64,000 bases of DNA from an uncultured virus (IMG/VR IMGVR_UViG_3300021399_000146) (Duplodnaviria; Heunggongvirae; Uroviricota; Caudoviricetes), in the IMG/VR virus record IMGVR_UViG_3300021399_000146. One strand, given 5' to 3'. Positions 8,543-18,064 of the stretch are shown here, piece after piece; position 1 is the first letter of the stretch, and every line of letters begins with the position of its first letter. Position numbers and translations under genes: made by a program. Under the pieces are notes generated by a model. That model was not told where the DNA came from. It did not search any database and saw only the letters and a list, made by a program, of their open reading frames with translations.

Positions 8543-10033
8543 TTATACGGCTGCAACATAATTGATCCTTTGTATACCAGTATAAACAGGTATCGAAACA
8601 CTCACATTTTCCATTATGTCATCTTTTAGACCGAATGATTGTACAGATATAAATGGATGCCTGATGGCTTGAACACTGTTATCGGAATTATTATCCAAGT
8701 CTCTTTGCTTTACAGCTTTGATCATTAGATACTTTACTTCGCCATTATTTTCAATATTCATTAATGCCATCCAGTCAGCAACCTCCATAACTTCCCATGC
8801 TACAGACACGTTAGCTCTACCCATAGCTTGGTCAGTCTTGTTAAATCCTCCAGCCTTTACGATATCATCAACTTGTCGTGCTGCTTCTCGGTTGAGCTGG
8901 TGACCTGATACGATAGGTATATTGAGTTCTGCAGCAATAGTCTTAAGCTCATTCATTATTGCATGAAGCTCAGACTTTTCAGAAGAGGTAACAGCTATAT
9001 CTGTACGACCAGGTCGAATACGTTTAATGTAGTCAAGATATACCGCAACAACTTCAGAGTCTTCTGTATTATATGATCTGATTATAGCGTCAAGATCCTT
9101 TGTGGACTTTTCTCTATAACCATAATACAGAATAACACTTCTCATTCCCTTAGCTGTCAATTCATTATTGATCATTTCAGTTATTTCATCAATTGTGAAT
9201 GACGCTATATCAGCAGTTGGGAATAGAACACTCCACAATCTACGTATAGTTTGAGCCATGGTATTCTCCATGGATATATACATTGATATCGGGGTCTTTC
9301 CATTTGTTGTATTCTTTATATGCTCATTATATTTCAACGTATCGACGTGAGACTTTAACAATATACCCGACTTGTAGTTACCGGGTAAAGCTGCATATAT
9401 GTACAAACATCCACCAAGATATCCTGGCGAAAGAAGATTGTTTAAACCACGCACTCCTGTGATTATACATTTATCAGGTGACCTAGCTTCTTTTGCTTCT
9501 GCAACAGCAAGCTTCATTGCGTCTATGTAAGCTGTATCAAATGAATGTACAACAGATTGAACATTTATAGACTGATATGCCTTTGCTATCTGCTGTGCCA
9601 GTTCATAAACCTTTTCTATACTATCATGAATATTCTCATCGTCATCATCTATAATATCCAAAGCCTTTATGAATGGTTCTTTCGCCTTCAAAATCAAAGC
9701 ATACTTTATATAGTCTGCCAATTTTCTACAAAGTCGATTACATTCAGCTTGAGTCGATATAGTTGGAGCACTTTTGAGAAACTCTATTGCTTCGATAATG
9801 TCCTTGTCTTCTCCTTCATCTCGCATTGCATCGAGAATCAGATCAACATTCTTGATGTTCTGTTCAATATACGATATCATTCGGTGAGCAGCCAAACAAT
9901 ATATGGATTTCGAAGGATACGTGGATATGGCTTTATCAAACAATACAACAGCCTGCGCATTATTGAGATCTTTCTTACTACTACAAAGAATCGATATTAT
10001 GTCTTTATATATGTAATTTTTTAAAGTCTTCAC
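8543..10033 (-). CDS. dnaB: DnaB-like (SF4) replicative helicase
   Basis: Walker A ALPGNYKS, YISMEN, Walker B VYLDYI, H3 motif IVSGHQLNR. Confidence 0.85.
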   Translation of the reverse strand: MKTLKNYIYKDIISILCSSKKDLNNAQAVVLFDKAISTYPSKSIYCLAAHRMISYIEQNIKNVDLILDAMRDEGEDKDIIEAIEFLKSAPTISTQAECNRLCRKLADYIKYALILKAKEPFIKALDIIDDDDENIHDSIEKVYELAQQIAKAYQSINVQSVVHSFDTAYIDAMKLAVAEAKEARSPDKCIITGVRGLNNLLSPGYLGGCLYIYAALPGNYKSGILLKSHVDTLKYNEHIKNTTNGKTPISMYISMENTMAQTIRRLWSVLFPTADIASFTIDEITEMINNELTAKGMRSVILYYGYREKSTKDLDAIIRSYNTEDSEVVAVYLDYIKRIRPGRTDIAVTSSEKSELHAIMNELKTIAAELNIPIVSGHQLNREAARQVDDIVKAGGFNKTDQAMGRANVSVAWEVMEVADWMALMNIENNGEVKYLMIKAVKQRDLDNNSDNSVQAIRHPFISVQSFGLKDDIMENVSVSIPVYTGIQRINYVAAV

Positions 10034-10130
10034 AATCTATTTCCCCTTTGCGAAATATTAAAGTACTAGACTGTTGAGAGACAAAAATGTATTAAAACAT
10101 CCCCGGGAATTCCCGGGGATGAAAATACTT

Positions 10131-11906
10131 TTATGCATAATGACCTTCATCATTAACAGGTGTGAGTAAGTTTGCATCAAAGATGAAGAATCTGCTCGTT
10201 AGGAGATACTTAACTATTGCAATCGATGCAACAGTAACCTCGAGATCATACTGTGCAGATGTGGAGAATTTCTCAAGATCGGTATGTTCTTCATCTATTA
10301 TGTTGAATGAGGAGTATATCTCTTCACCATAATGGATTGACATATGCTCCTTTACAGAAGTATCATTCTTGCCCTTTGTATCAGTTGATCCATACTTGGA
10401 ACACCAGATCTCTTCGAATAATCCGTAGATGGAATCCTTCATACCCTGACAGATCTCAGACATGAATCTGTCGGATGAATTGTATCTAATACGTTCAATT
10501 CTGTCATGAACATATCTGAATAGATTAGGAACAATACCGGAGTTGATACCTGATTCAACAATGTGAATACAGTCATCAATCTTATCCATGATGATCTTTG
10601 CTTCCAAAGTTGTACCAGCCTTAACAGTAAGCATTGTATCAGCAGACTCCATCTTGAGTGCTTTGATACGACGTTTATATTCTGTCAGTCTGATGTATGA
10701 ATGCGAATCATCATGTGATAATTCATTATCCAAAGATTCCAGATAATGTGATATATCATTTTTACCTTTGAGATCATAGAATGCAAGACAATCTCCCTTA
10801 TATAGAGAAACTGTTACCTCGGGAAGTGACGCAAAGTCAGGTTCCAATGCATTCATATCGCGAACTTCGGTTCCAAGTACCGCAGCAAGATCCTTAAGCT
10901 CATCCTGCTTATGATTACCACCCATCCAGAACATATGAACTCTCACTTCATGATCACCATTGGGATCCGCCTTCTTCTGGAAAGATATCTTATTTACATA
11001 TGATGCAAAGTCCTGAGCAAGGAAAGATCTGTTGAAGTCTCTGGCAAGAATCAGAACTTCTTCTCGCTGATCCCATGTCTTCATGAAGTTTATCCAATCC
11101 GTTGAGTTGAAAGAATGGTCATAGATAACTATCTTCAACTTCTTCTGGTGATTGAATTTAGCAGATGTGTCGATATCAGAGAATGCGGCAACACGATAAT
11201 CACCCGGAAGATAATCCACAGTATAAGCTGCATTCGAGCCAGCATCTATATCAACTTCACTCTTGGGTATAACAGATCTGATTACAACGTTTCCGTTTTC
11301 ATCAACTGTCGGTTTTAATGCATCATAAAGTATGTTTACGAGTTCTTCATCATAGTTGGCTGCAACAGATATGAGAGCCTTGATGTTGTTGATATCAACT
11401 TTCTTGATGACACCGTATTTAACATCAGTTTCGATCTCCTGATTATTCTGGAGATTCTTCTCAATCTCCGATAAGAGCTCAAGAGCAACTCTCTTCTCAT
11501 CAGGAGTATTTATCAGCTTATCAAGATTATTGAAAATCTTTTCTGCCAACAGGATACATGATGTGGTACCATCACCAACAGTACGATTTACACGTGTGAT
11601 TATCTTGTTTATTGCAAGATACACTTTACGTTTATATGCATGCTGGAATCCTATGGATTGGAATACGTTGTATCCATCCTTTGTGGTTGTAGTATCAGCC
11701 TGATCTGATATTATACCGGACGCACCATAAGGACCATATGTCTGTTTGAGAACAAACGTAATGGTTTTAAATGTATCTGATACAAGACGTTTGAAGTCTG
11801 CTTCGGGTATAACATTTACGTGTGCATTGTGTGCAAAGTCAGTATAGTCATACTGCTTTTTCAGACCCGCCATCTGCAGTTCGAGTTCCGCTTCGTTTCT
11901 TTCCAT
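10131..11906 (-). CDS. groEL: Phage GroEL-like chaperonin
   Basis: TYGPYG, TKDGYNV, VGDGTTS nucleotide-binding motifs, GIVP near the C-terminus; 591 aa. Confidence 0.9.
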   Translation of the reverse strand: MERNEAELELQMAGLKKQYDYTDFAHNAHVNVIPEADFKRLVSDTFKTITFVLKQTYGPYGASGIISDQADTTTTKDGYNVFQSIGFQHAYKRKVYLAINKIITRVNRTVGDGTTSCILLAEKIFNNLDKLINTPDEKRVALELLSEIEKNLQNNQEIETDVKYGVIKKVDINNIKALISVAANYDEELVNILYDALKPTVDENGNVVIRSVIPKSEVDIDAGSNAAYTVDYLPGDYRVAAFSDIDTSAKFNHQKKLKIVIYDHSFNSTDWINFMKTWDQREEVLILARDFNRSFLAQDFASYVNKISFQKKADPNGDHEVRVHMFWMGGNHKQDELKDLAAVLGTEVRDMNALEPDFASLPEVTVSLYKGDCLAFYDLKGKNDISHYLESLDNELSHDDSHSYIRLTEYKRRIKALKMESADTMLTVKAGTTLEAKIIMDKIDDCIHIVESGINSGIVPNLFRYVHDRIERIRYNSSDRFMSEICQGMKDSIYGLFEEIWCSKYGSTDTKGKNDTSVKEHMSIHYGEEIYSSFNIIDEEHTDLEKFSTSAQYDLEVTVASIAIVKYLLTSRFFIFDANLLTPVNDEGHYA

Positions 11907-12576
11907 TTTTAACAGTCTCCTTTAACACAAATTCTTTATCCGACCGGGAATGTAATACATATTGAACACTGAATTTTGAATCCATTTGCTCTTTATTGAT
12001 CTTCAGTTTCTTACGGCGTTTATAATCTCTGATTATATCAAGCCCGGAATTAATCCGGTTTTGATCTCCTCTTACATTATTTGATATCAGCAATAACCCA
12101 CTTATTATATTAGCAGCTGCCAAACCCATGGTATTATTTACCTGCTGATATCCCCGTTGTAGTTCTGATGCAATGGCCAGATGTTCACCATACGTTGACT
12201 CATCTTGATCATCATCATTTTTGAATCGTTCATTATACTTATTCTCGACGGATTGTAATTTATTGTATTCATTGATGGCGTCTATAATAACCATCGAATT
12301 TCTTCTTATGGTATGCAACACCTGATACATCGATAATGAGTTGGAAGGTAACGAGAATTTGTTGTTAAAATAAATATCAACATACACACCGAGATCATCA
12401 TTGAATTCGGTTATTTTTCGAATTGTCTCCATATCAAGATCGATTTCAGAAGTCATAAAATCACCAAATTCACTGGTTATGTTTTCGATGGATTTAATTG
12501 ATGTTTTCAGAACTTCGAGATCAACAAGATCATCCTTTTTAACAAGTTTCAATTTATAACCGAACATGATAACCAC
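11848..12576 (-). CDS. Hypothetical helical protein (242 aa)
   Basis: Long ORF in operon-like arrangement. Confidence 0.7.
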   Translation of the reverse strand: MVIMFGYKLKLVKKDDLVDLEVLKTSIKSIENITSEFGDFMTSEIDLDMETIRKITEFNDDLGVYVDIYFNNKFSLPSNSLSMYQVLHTIRRNSMVIIDAINEYNKLQSVENKYNERFKNDDDQDESTYGEHLAIASELQRGYQQVNNTMGLAAANIISGLLLISNNVRGDQNRINSGLDIIRDYKRRKKLKINKEQMDSKFSVQYVLHSRSDKEFVLKETVKNGKKRSGTRTADGGSEKAV

Positions 12577-12581
12577 AACCT

Positions 12582-13739
12582 TTATGTTTTGAATTTATTA
12601 ACAACTGTTACATTATTGCTGTTCTTGAGAACAGAGTATTTTTCATAACGATTCAGAGGATAGCCAAGTACAACGACAGTATGATTATAACGATGATACT
12701 TCACCTCATCAGGGACAATTATGTTTGCGGGTCGCACTCTTATTTGATCTCTTCTCATTAAAGCTCGAATGTTAGACGTTCTGTCGTATGTTATATCACC
12801 GAAGTAATATGTTTTTGAATTATACAGCCTCAATTTCATCAATGGTTTACTATTAGGATTTTCAATAACGAGCATACTATTGTATCCTATTGTAGTTTTC
12901 CTAACACCGTTCTCGGTCATCATATCAACTATGTCAGATGAAACCAGTACACGTTGATTCTTTCTAAATGGAGAATCATATTGTTTATTAAGGATATCTG
13001 TCGTGAAATCATAATCGTTGCCGACATACTGTTTGTCATCGATTTTACCTATTGAACGTTTATTCATTTTGGATGTCTCTACCACAGAACCTTTTACCTT
13101 TCTATCAACAGCACGAGTTTCAATACCCAAAGCATCTCTGGCAAGAGCCAATATTGGCGAAAGCTTTCTCAATGTATCTATCACAACCGGGATATTTTGC
13201 TGGTTTACCAGCGTATGACCATTTGGCTCAGCAGGGTCATAAACCCATATGATTTGACCAGAGAATGTATATGAGATAGCTGACTGTATTCTTCGTGGTA
13301 TCAATTGAGCATCAAACACAACCATCATTTCATAATGACTAAGTTTTTCAACATCAATTCTGTTTGTGTATGTGGGAACAGCATTAGGTTGAGCAACCTT
13401 TGGCTTCCATGGATCAAACGGAACGAGTGGTTCAATGACATCTTCCACAAATAGATCTCCCCAATGTTTCACATTAGGAAGAGGATTCTTCATTAATCCG
13501 ATATAATCTTGACAGCCTTCTATGATAAGGACCTTATTAAACTTATGATGTCTAGTAGCAGCATCGATTGCGAACTTGTTTATTTCAGTTCCAGCTATAC
13601 CACCGACAAGCGTTTCCTTGAGATCTCCATCAGCAAACTCATCAAGATAATTTATCATTTCTGATATTTCCACTATCATTATTATATCACCATCCACAAT
13701 AATCAATATAAAGTGAGGGTGGGAATACCCCACCCTCAT
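12582..13739 (-). CDS. Degenerate SF1 (RecD/Dda-like) helicase-fold protein
   Basis: LVGGIAGTEINK, MMVVFDAQLIP and IIWVYDPAE lie in the order of SF1B motifs I, II and III but lack the catalytic K/E/Q; true start probably MIVEIS. Confidence 0.5.
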   Translation of the reverse strand: MRVGYSHPHFILIIVDGDIIMIVEISEMINYLDEFADGDLKETLVGGIAGTEINKFAIDAATRHHKFNKVLIIEGCQDYIGLMKNPLPNVKHWGDLFVEDVIEPLVPFDPWKPKVAQPNAVPTYTNRIDVEKLSHYEMMVVFDAQLIPRRIQSAISYTFSGQIIWVYDPAEPNGHTLVNQQNIPVVIDTLRKLSPILALARDALGIETRAVDRKVKGSVVETSKMNKRSIGKIDDKQYVGNDYDFTTDILNKQYDSPFRKNQRVLVSSDIVDMMTENGVRKTTIGYNSMLVIENPNSKPLMKLRLYNSKTYYFGDITYDRTSNIRALMRRDQIRVRPANIIVPDEVKYHRYNHTVVVLGYPLNRYEKYSVLKNSNNVTVVNKFKT

Positions 13740-13751
13740 ACAGTTTATAGA

Positions 13752-14396
13752 TTACTGTCTGTAGAAGATCTGATCCATTGAAAGGTCTGTCTTTGCAGCG
13801 AAGTTATTACCCTTTCTCTCAACTGCAACTTCCCAACGAATTGTATCAGATGATGTACCCTGTACAGCAAGGATTGACATTGTACCATCAACCTTATCAG
13901 TTGCAGGATCAGAAAGCATATCATAGATGATTCTTTCAGGTCTGAGGTAGATTCTGAAGAGATTTGCCTGAGAAGAATATGAGAGCTTTGCGAATCTTGA
14001 GATCTCCTCATATCTGTCACCAAAGATACCGATGAGGTACATTCTGTCGATATCTTCCTGAGACTTCTGAACAAGTCCTACATTATCAGGATATGTGTAA
14101 GGCTTGAGTGTGTTGATAACTGTATCCTTGAACTGGATACCAGCACCCTTGGACTCAAGGATACGATCTACATAATCCTTTGAGTTTGAATCAGCCATGA
14201 TGTCCTTGGGGTTGATTACAACTCTCATTCTTACATATGACTGCTCAGGTGTAACACCTACCCATCTTGTGAAGTCGGAACCAACTGAGAAACCAAGCTG
14301 ATCCTGGAGATACTTCAGAACCATAGAAGATGTGATAACATACCTGTCACAAGGTACAGGCTGAACACCTGATTTGTTTACGATTTCATTTGCCAT
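13752..14396 (-). CDS. Hypothetical protein (214 aa)
   Basis: AAGGAGG SD, strong codon bias, downstream hairpin near 13714. Confidence 0.8.
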   Translation of the reverse strand: MANEIVNKSGVQPVPCDRYVITSSMVLKYLQDQLGFSVGSDFTRWVGVTPEQSYVRMRVVINPKDIMADSNSKDYVDRILESKGAGIQFKDTVINTLKPYTYPDNVGLVQKSQEDIDRMYLIGIFGDRYEEISRFAKLSYSSQANLFRIYLRPERIIYDMLSDPATDKVDGTMSILAVQGTSSDTIRWEVAVERKGNNFAAKTDLSMDQIFYRQ

Positions 14397-14414
14397 GAGA
14401 ATTTCCTCCTTGAA

Positions 14415-14789
14415 TTAATTTTGTATACAGATGTAGACTGACAGTACTTTTATTATCGCTCTCTGATTTTCGGTTAAATCATTGACACGATTATCAAATA
14501 TACCATATGCCAGTTCTTCGATTAATGAATTGGGGATTTCACCATCATCAAGCTTCTCATCGAGAATTGATGAATAGTCGCCATTGAATGCATTTTCGAT
14601 ATAAGGAACATTGATTCTATCAAAGATCTCTACTTTGTTTCTCATGTTCTTCATTAATACATTCGCAGGACCACGATACTTTTCGGGTATAGAAACCCTA
14701 TCATGATCCTCTGTGAAAAACGGGTCATCAAGTAATGACCCGTCTGCCTTTGTTAAACAGAAATCAAGGAATGAACTCAAAGTCCCCAC
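14415..14789 (-). CDS. Hypothetical protein (124 aa)
   Basis: ORF overlapping the upstream stop by a few codons, GGAGG SD. Confidence 0.7.
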   Translation of the reverse strand: MGTLSSFLDFCLTKADGSLLDDPFFTEDHDRVSIPEKYRGPANVLMKNMRNKVEIFDRINVPYIENAFNGDYSSILDEKLDDGEIPNSLIEELAYGIFDNRVNDLTENQRAIIKVLSVYICIQN

Positions 14790-15229
14790 GCTCCTCCCTG
14801 AGGACCACTGTTACCCATATAACTGTTGCCGTCAACGGGGGTCATGTTAAGTGTCATTCCACCTGAGGGCTGACCAGCCCCATATGTCGGATCAGTGAAT
14901 CCGAAATATCCAGTATTCACAAAACCGTTTCCATTACCAGGATAACCGAAATTACCGAAATTACCCATTGATGGATACATGGAATACTGGGGGTAGCAGT
15001 TATTCTCCGCATAACCATAGCCATACTGAACAGGCTGAGACATGCAGTAATTATAACCACCATTCATACTTCCATAACAACCAGGCTGGAAGTTTCTTCT
15101 CGATGAATTCATGATACCCTTGATACCATTATAACCATCAACGAAAACGTTCGCTGCGGTTCTTGCGGTGTCAAGTGCAACATTAGCACCATTGAAGATT
15201 GCATCAAGATCTGATGTTTTCATATTCAT
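14777..15229 (-). CDS. G/Y/N-rich prion-like low-complexity protein
   Basis: SSRRNF and YGYGYAEN motifs; AAGGAGG SD. Confidence 0.8.
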   Translation of the reverse strand: MNMKTSDLDAIFNGANVALDTARTAANVFVDGYNGIKGIMNSSRRNFQPGCYGSMNGGYNYCMSQPVQYGYGYAENNCYPQYSMYPSMGNFGNFGYPGNGNGFVNTGYFGFTDPTYGAGQPSGGMTLNMTPVDGNSYMGNSGPQGGAWGL

Positions 15230-15328
15230 TATGAAAACCCTCCTTTTCTTTATTTATATCACATGACTTTCATGATGATATACTTTACGTTATGATCGGA
15301 TACATATCGGTTACGTTTATACGTATCT

Positions 15329-16990
15329 TTATAAACTATATCCGAATCCGTTCATATCAATATTTACATTTGATGGTGGTGCCTCTTCTTGCTTCTGAGG
15401 TTCACTACCAAATGTCATCACATGTGTGGGTGCGGGTATAGATGCCAATGCTTCGGATAATGTTCTTCCGTTAAGATCATCAGGTGGGCATTCTCTTTCA
15501 AATAATGCCCCCACATCTATCCCGTCACTTTTTGTAGAATCTTGTTTCGGTTCTTGTGTAGCAACTGCTTGTTGCTGTTGTTCCATCCTGCTGAACATTG
15601 CTCTTCGATTTAATTCCTCTCTAATCATCTTTTCTCTATCAGTCATTTGATTAGCTGGATTGGGAGCACTTTGCTGTTGTGGTGCAGGCGGTGGAACTTG
15701 TTGGGGTTGCGGTGCTATACCAGGACCAATATTATTCAGATTCTTCTTTAATTCATTCATTGCATCTCTACTTTGCATGAAGGAAGGAATGTTCTGATTG
15801 GATTGCGGCACAAAGTCATCAACATTCATCCAAGCATTGTTTGTATCAAATGGCTTGATCTTATCGTTTGCTTTATAGAATGCTGCTCTTTCACTTAATG
15901 GACTACCCATTACTTGTTGAGGAACCTGTACAGGTCTTTGATTCATCATCTGCTGTTGTGCCATCATTTGTTGTTGTTGCATTTGTTGTTGCATCATCAT
16001 CTGTTGCTGCATCTGTTGTTCATTATAACCATAATTCATATTTGAAGCATACGCAGGGACATGGTACGATGGAGCATTTTCATCATATCCATACGCATAG
16101 GGACTTGAATTTGAATCAGGTACCCAATACTGTTGACGTGCACAGCAACCTATGAATCCAGCACCACCGTTCATCCATCCATCAAAATTTGCTTCAGGGT
16201 TCCATCTGGGTTGTACCTGATTGATGTTATTGAATGAGCTATACTGCTGAGGCTGCTGATACATCATCTGATTGCCAACGGGTTCTGCATAACCATAACC
16301 ATATCCATACCAGTTATTGTTACACTGCTGATACAAAGATTGAACTCCGTCATTATTGACCGGCACATTATAAGGCTGCCACCAAGCACCTGTATTCATC
16401 TGCTGCTGTTGCTGAGGTTGTGGTTCAGCATATCCATATCCATATGTTGTATATGGCTGGGGTTGGGGTTGCTGCTGAGGAATATAAGTCATTGGTTGCT
16501 GCTGGAATTGTGCATTAATGAACTGAGGAGTGAATACATTCATATTTCTCCTCGAATAGTTCATCGGATTCTGCCAATTCATGTTGACTGGAGCATTGCC
16601 GAAGAATCCCTGCGGCTGGCCAATAGCATTGTAACCAGGGGTATTATAACCATACTGGTTCAATGTATACTGAAGCTGCTGGGATGGCTGATAACTTGCC
16701 ACATTGAATGATAGTGGCCTCATGAAATTAGGTTGTCCCATCATAGGACCAGCCATCATAGGCTGCTGTGTAGGTATTCCATACCTACGACTTGTAGAAC
16801 CATATGCGTTGTTGTACATATTAACATCTCCTGTGTTACAATTATAAGGATCGCTGCTGTTGCAGAACGCAGAGATACGGTTGATCAGACCGTCATCTCT
16901 TTGATCTCTAACTTTAAGCATGGAACTTATAAATGACATAGCAGAAAGACCAACAACAGCACAGACTCTAACGATTGCGATTACGTTCAT
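15329..16990 (-). CDS. Q/N/Y-rich prion-like protein with N-terminal hydrophobic segment
   Basis: Poly-Q/M tracts, two SRR motifs, two YGYGYAEP plus YAYGYDEN; hydrophobic residues 3-25; AAGGAGG SD. Confidence 0.85.
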   Translation of the reverse strand: MNVIAIVRVCAVVGLSAMSFISSMLKVRDQRDDGLINRISAFCNSSDPYNCNTGDVNMYNNAYGSTSRRYGIPTQQPMMAGPMMGQPNFMRPLSFNVASYQPSQQLQYTLNQYGYNTPGYNAIGQPQGFFGNAPVNMNWQNPMNYSRRNMNVFTPQFINAQFQQQPMTYIPQQQPQPQPYTTYGYGYAEPQPQQQQQMNTGAWWQPYNVPVNNDGVQSLYQQCNNNWYGYGYGYAEPVGNQMMYQQPQQYSSFNNINQVQPRWNPEANFDGWMNGGAGFIGCCARQQYWVPDSNSSPYAYGYDENAPSYHVPAYASNMNYGYNEQQMQQQMMMQQQMQQQQMMAQQQMMNQRPVQVPQQVMGSPLSERAAFYKANDKIKPFDTNNAWMNVDDFVPQSNQNIPSFMQSRDAMNELKKNLNNIGPGIAPQPQQVPPPAPQQQSAPNPANQMTDREKMIREELNRRAMFSRMEQQQQAVATQEPKQDSTKSDGIDVGALFERECPPDDLNGRTLSEALASIPAPTHVMTFGSEPQKQEEAPPSNVNIDMNGFGYSL

Positions 16991-17185
16991 AATGAGTCCT
17001 CCTTATTTTGATTTAGCTATTGTCTCGATGTGGGCTGCTAGCTTATTTCCACACATCGACTTCATATGAAACATATATGTGTTTAAAATATAAATTTTAA
17101 AAATTATTCACCCATATATGCATAGGAACGATATATGTGTTTAAAAAAGAAAAAATAGAAAATGCCGGGTTTCCCCGGCATTCAA

Positions 17186-18010
17186 TCAAATATATAATTT
17201 AATGTATGACTCACGTATGAGATTCGTTAAATTCTGATATTTCTTTGAATCATAACCGTATCCAATATACAACTCAATGAAATATCCTCTTGTTGGATCT
17301 TTGTATATACTTATTATAGAATCACCTTCCAAAAGATTTAATTCATCTATGATATCATAAACATAATTTGTTATCTGCGACTTGTTGTATACATTTATCA
17401 TGCATTGCAAATCAACACAATCGACATCATGTTTTACCAGTGATTCAATATCTGATCCAAATACTGCTTCTATATCAACCAATGCTGAATTATGACCATT
17501 TATCTGTCTCAACATGTCAATGCGATTAAAATCGTATGAAGTCTTTGTGGGGAATTGATTCATTCCTATACATTCTTTGAATTTCATTATATAATATGGA
17601 ACATTTTTTGCTTGTTCTATTAGCAACTCACGCAAAACATCGACGAACTCATCCAGATCGGCATATCCTTGATTTTTGATCATATTGATTATCAGTGGAG
17701 GAGCGGCCATATTTATGAAGCCAATCATTTCTGATAGAGATACATATAAATGGAACACATTTTCTGATTTATCATAATGGCTGCAGAAATGTTCATTAAG
17801 TGAATTCAGATTATGCTGTCTGAGGTATAATCCCTCATAAAATATTCGATACAATGGTTCTATAGGATGATCAATGTCTTCAATTATCATTCCTATAAAT
17901 ACTTCCTGAAAGAGTCTTTCATTCTCTATATTGTTCTTCAACAAATACGGAAGCATTGTGTCTTTCGAAAGGTATAAATCATCATCTATCCATATATTCT
18001 TAATCCGCAT
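17186..18010 (-). CDS. Hypothetical protein (274 aa)
   Basis: GGAGG SD; downstream terminator hairpin near 17161. Confidence 0.8.
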   Translation of the reverse strand: MRIKNIWIDDDLYLSKDTMLPYLLKNNIENERLFQEVFIGMIIEDIDHPIEPLYRIFYEGLYLRQHNLNSLNEHFCSHYDKSENVFHLYVSLSEMIGFINMAAPPLIINMIKNQGYADLDEFVDVLRELLIEQAKNVPYYIMKFKECIGMNQFPTKTSYDFNRIDMLRQINGHNSALVDIEAVFGSDIESLVKHDVDCVDLQCMINVYNKSQITNYVYDIIDELNLLEGDSIISIYKDPTRGYFIELYIGYGYDSKKYQNLTNLIRESYIKLYI

Positions 18011-18064
18011 AAATCATCGACCTCCATTTAAATTAAGCTATGCTTTAATTGTATCTTTAAGTAT

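Noticed and set aside
15950..16020. TGT/TGC trinucleotide runs as a DNA repeat element
   Set aside because: Explained by the poly-Q/M tract of the minus-strand protein.
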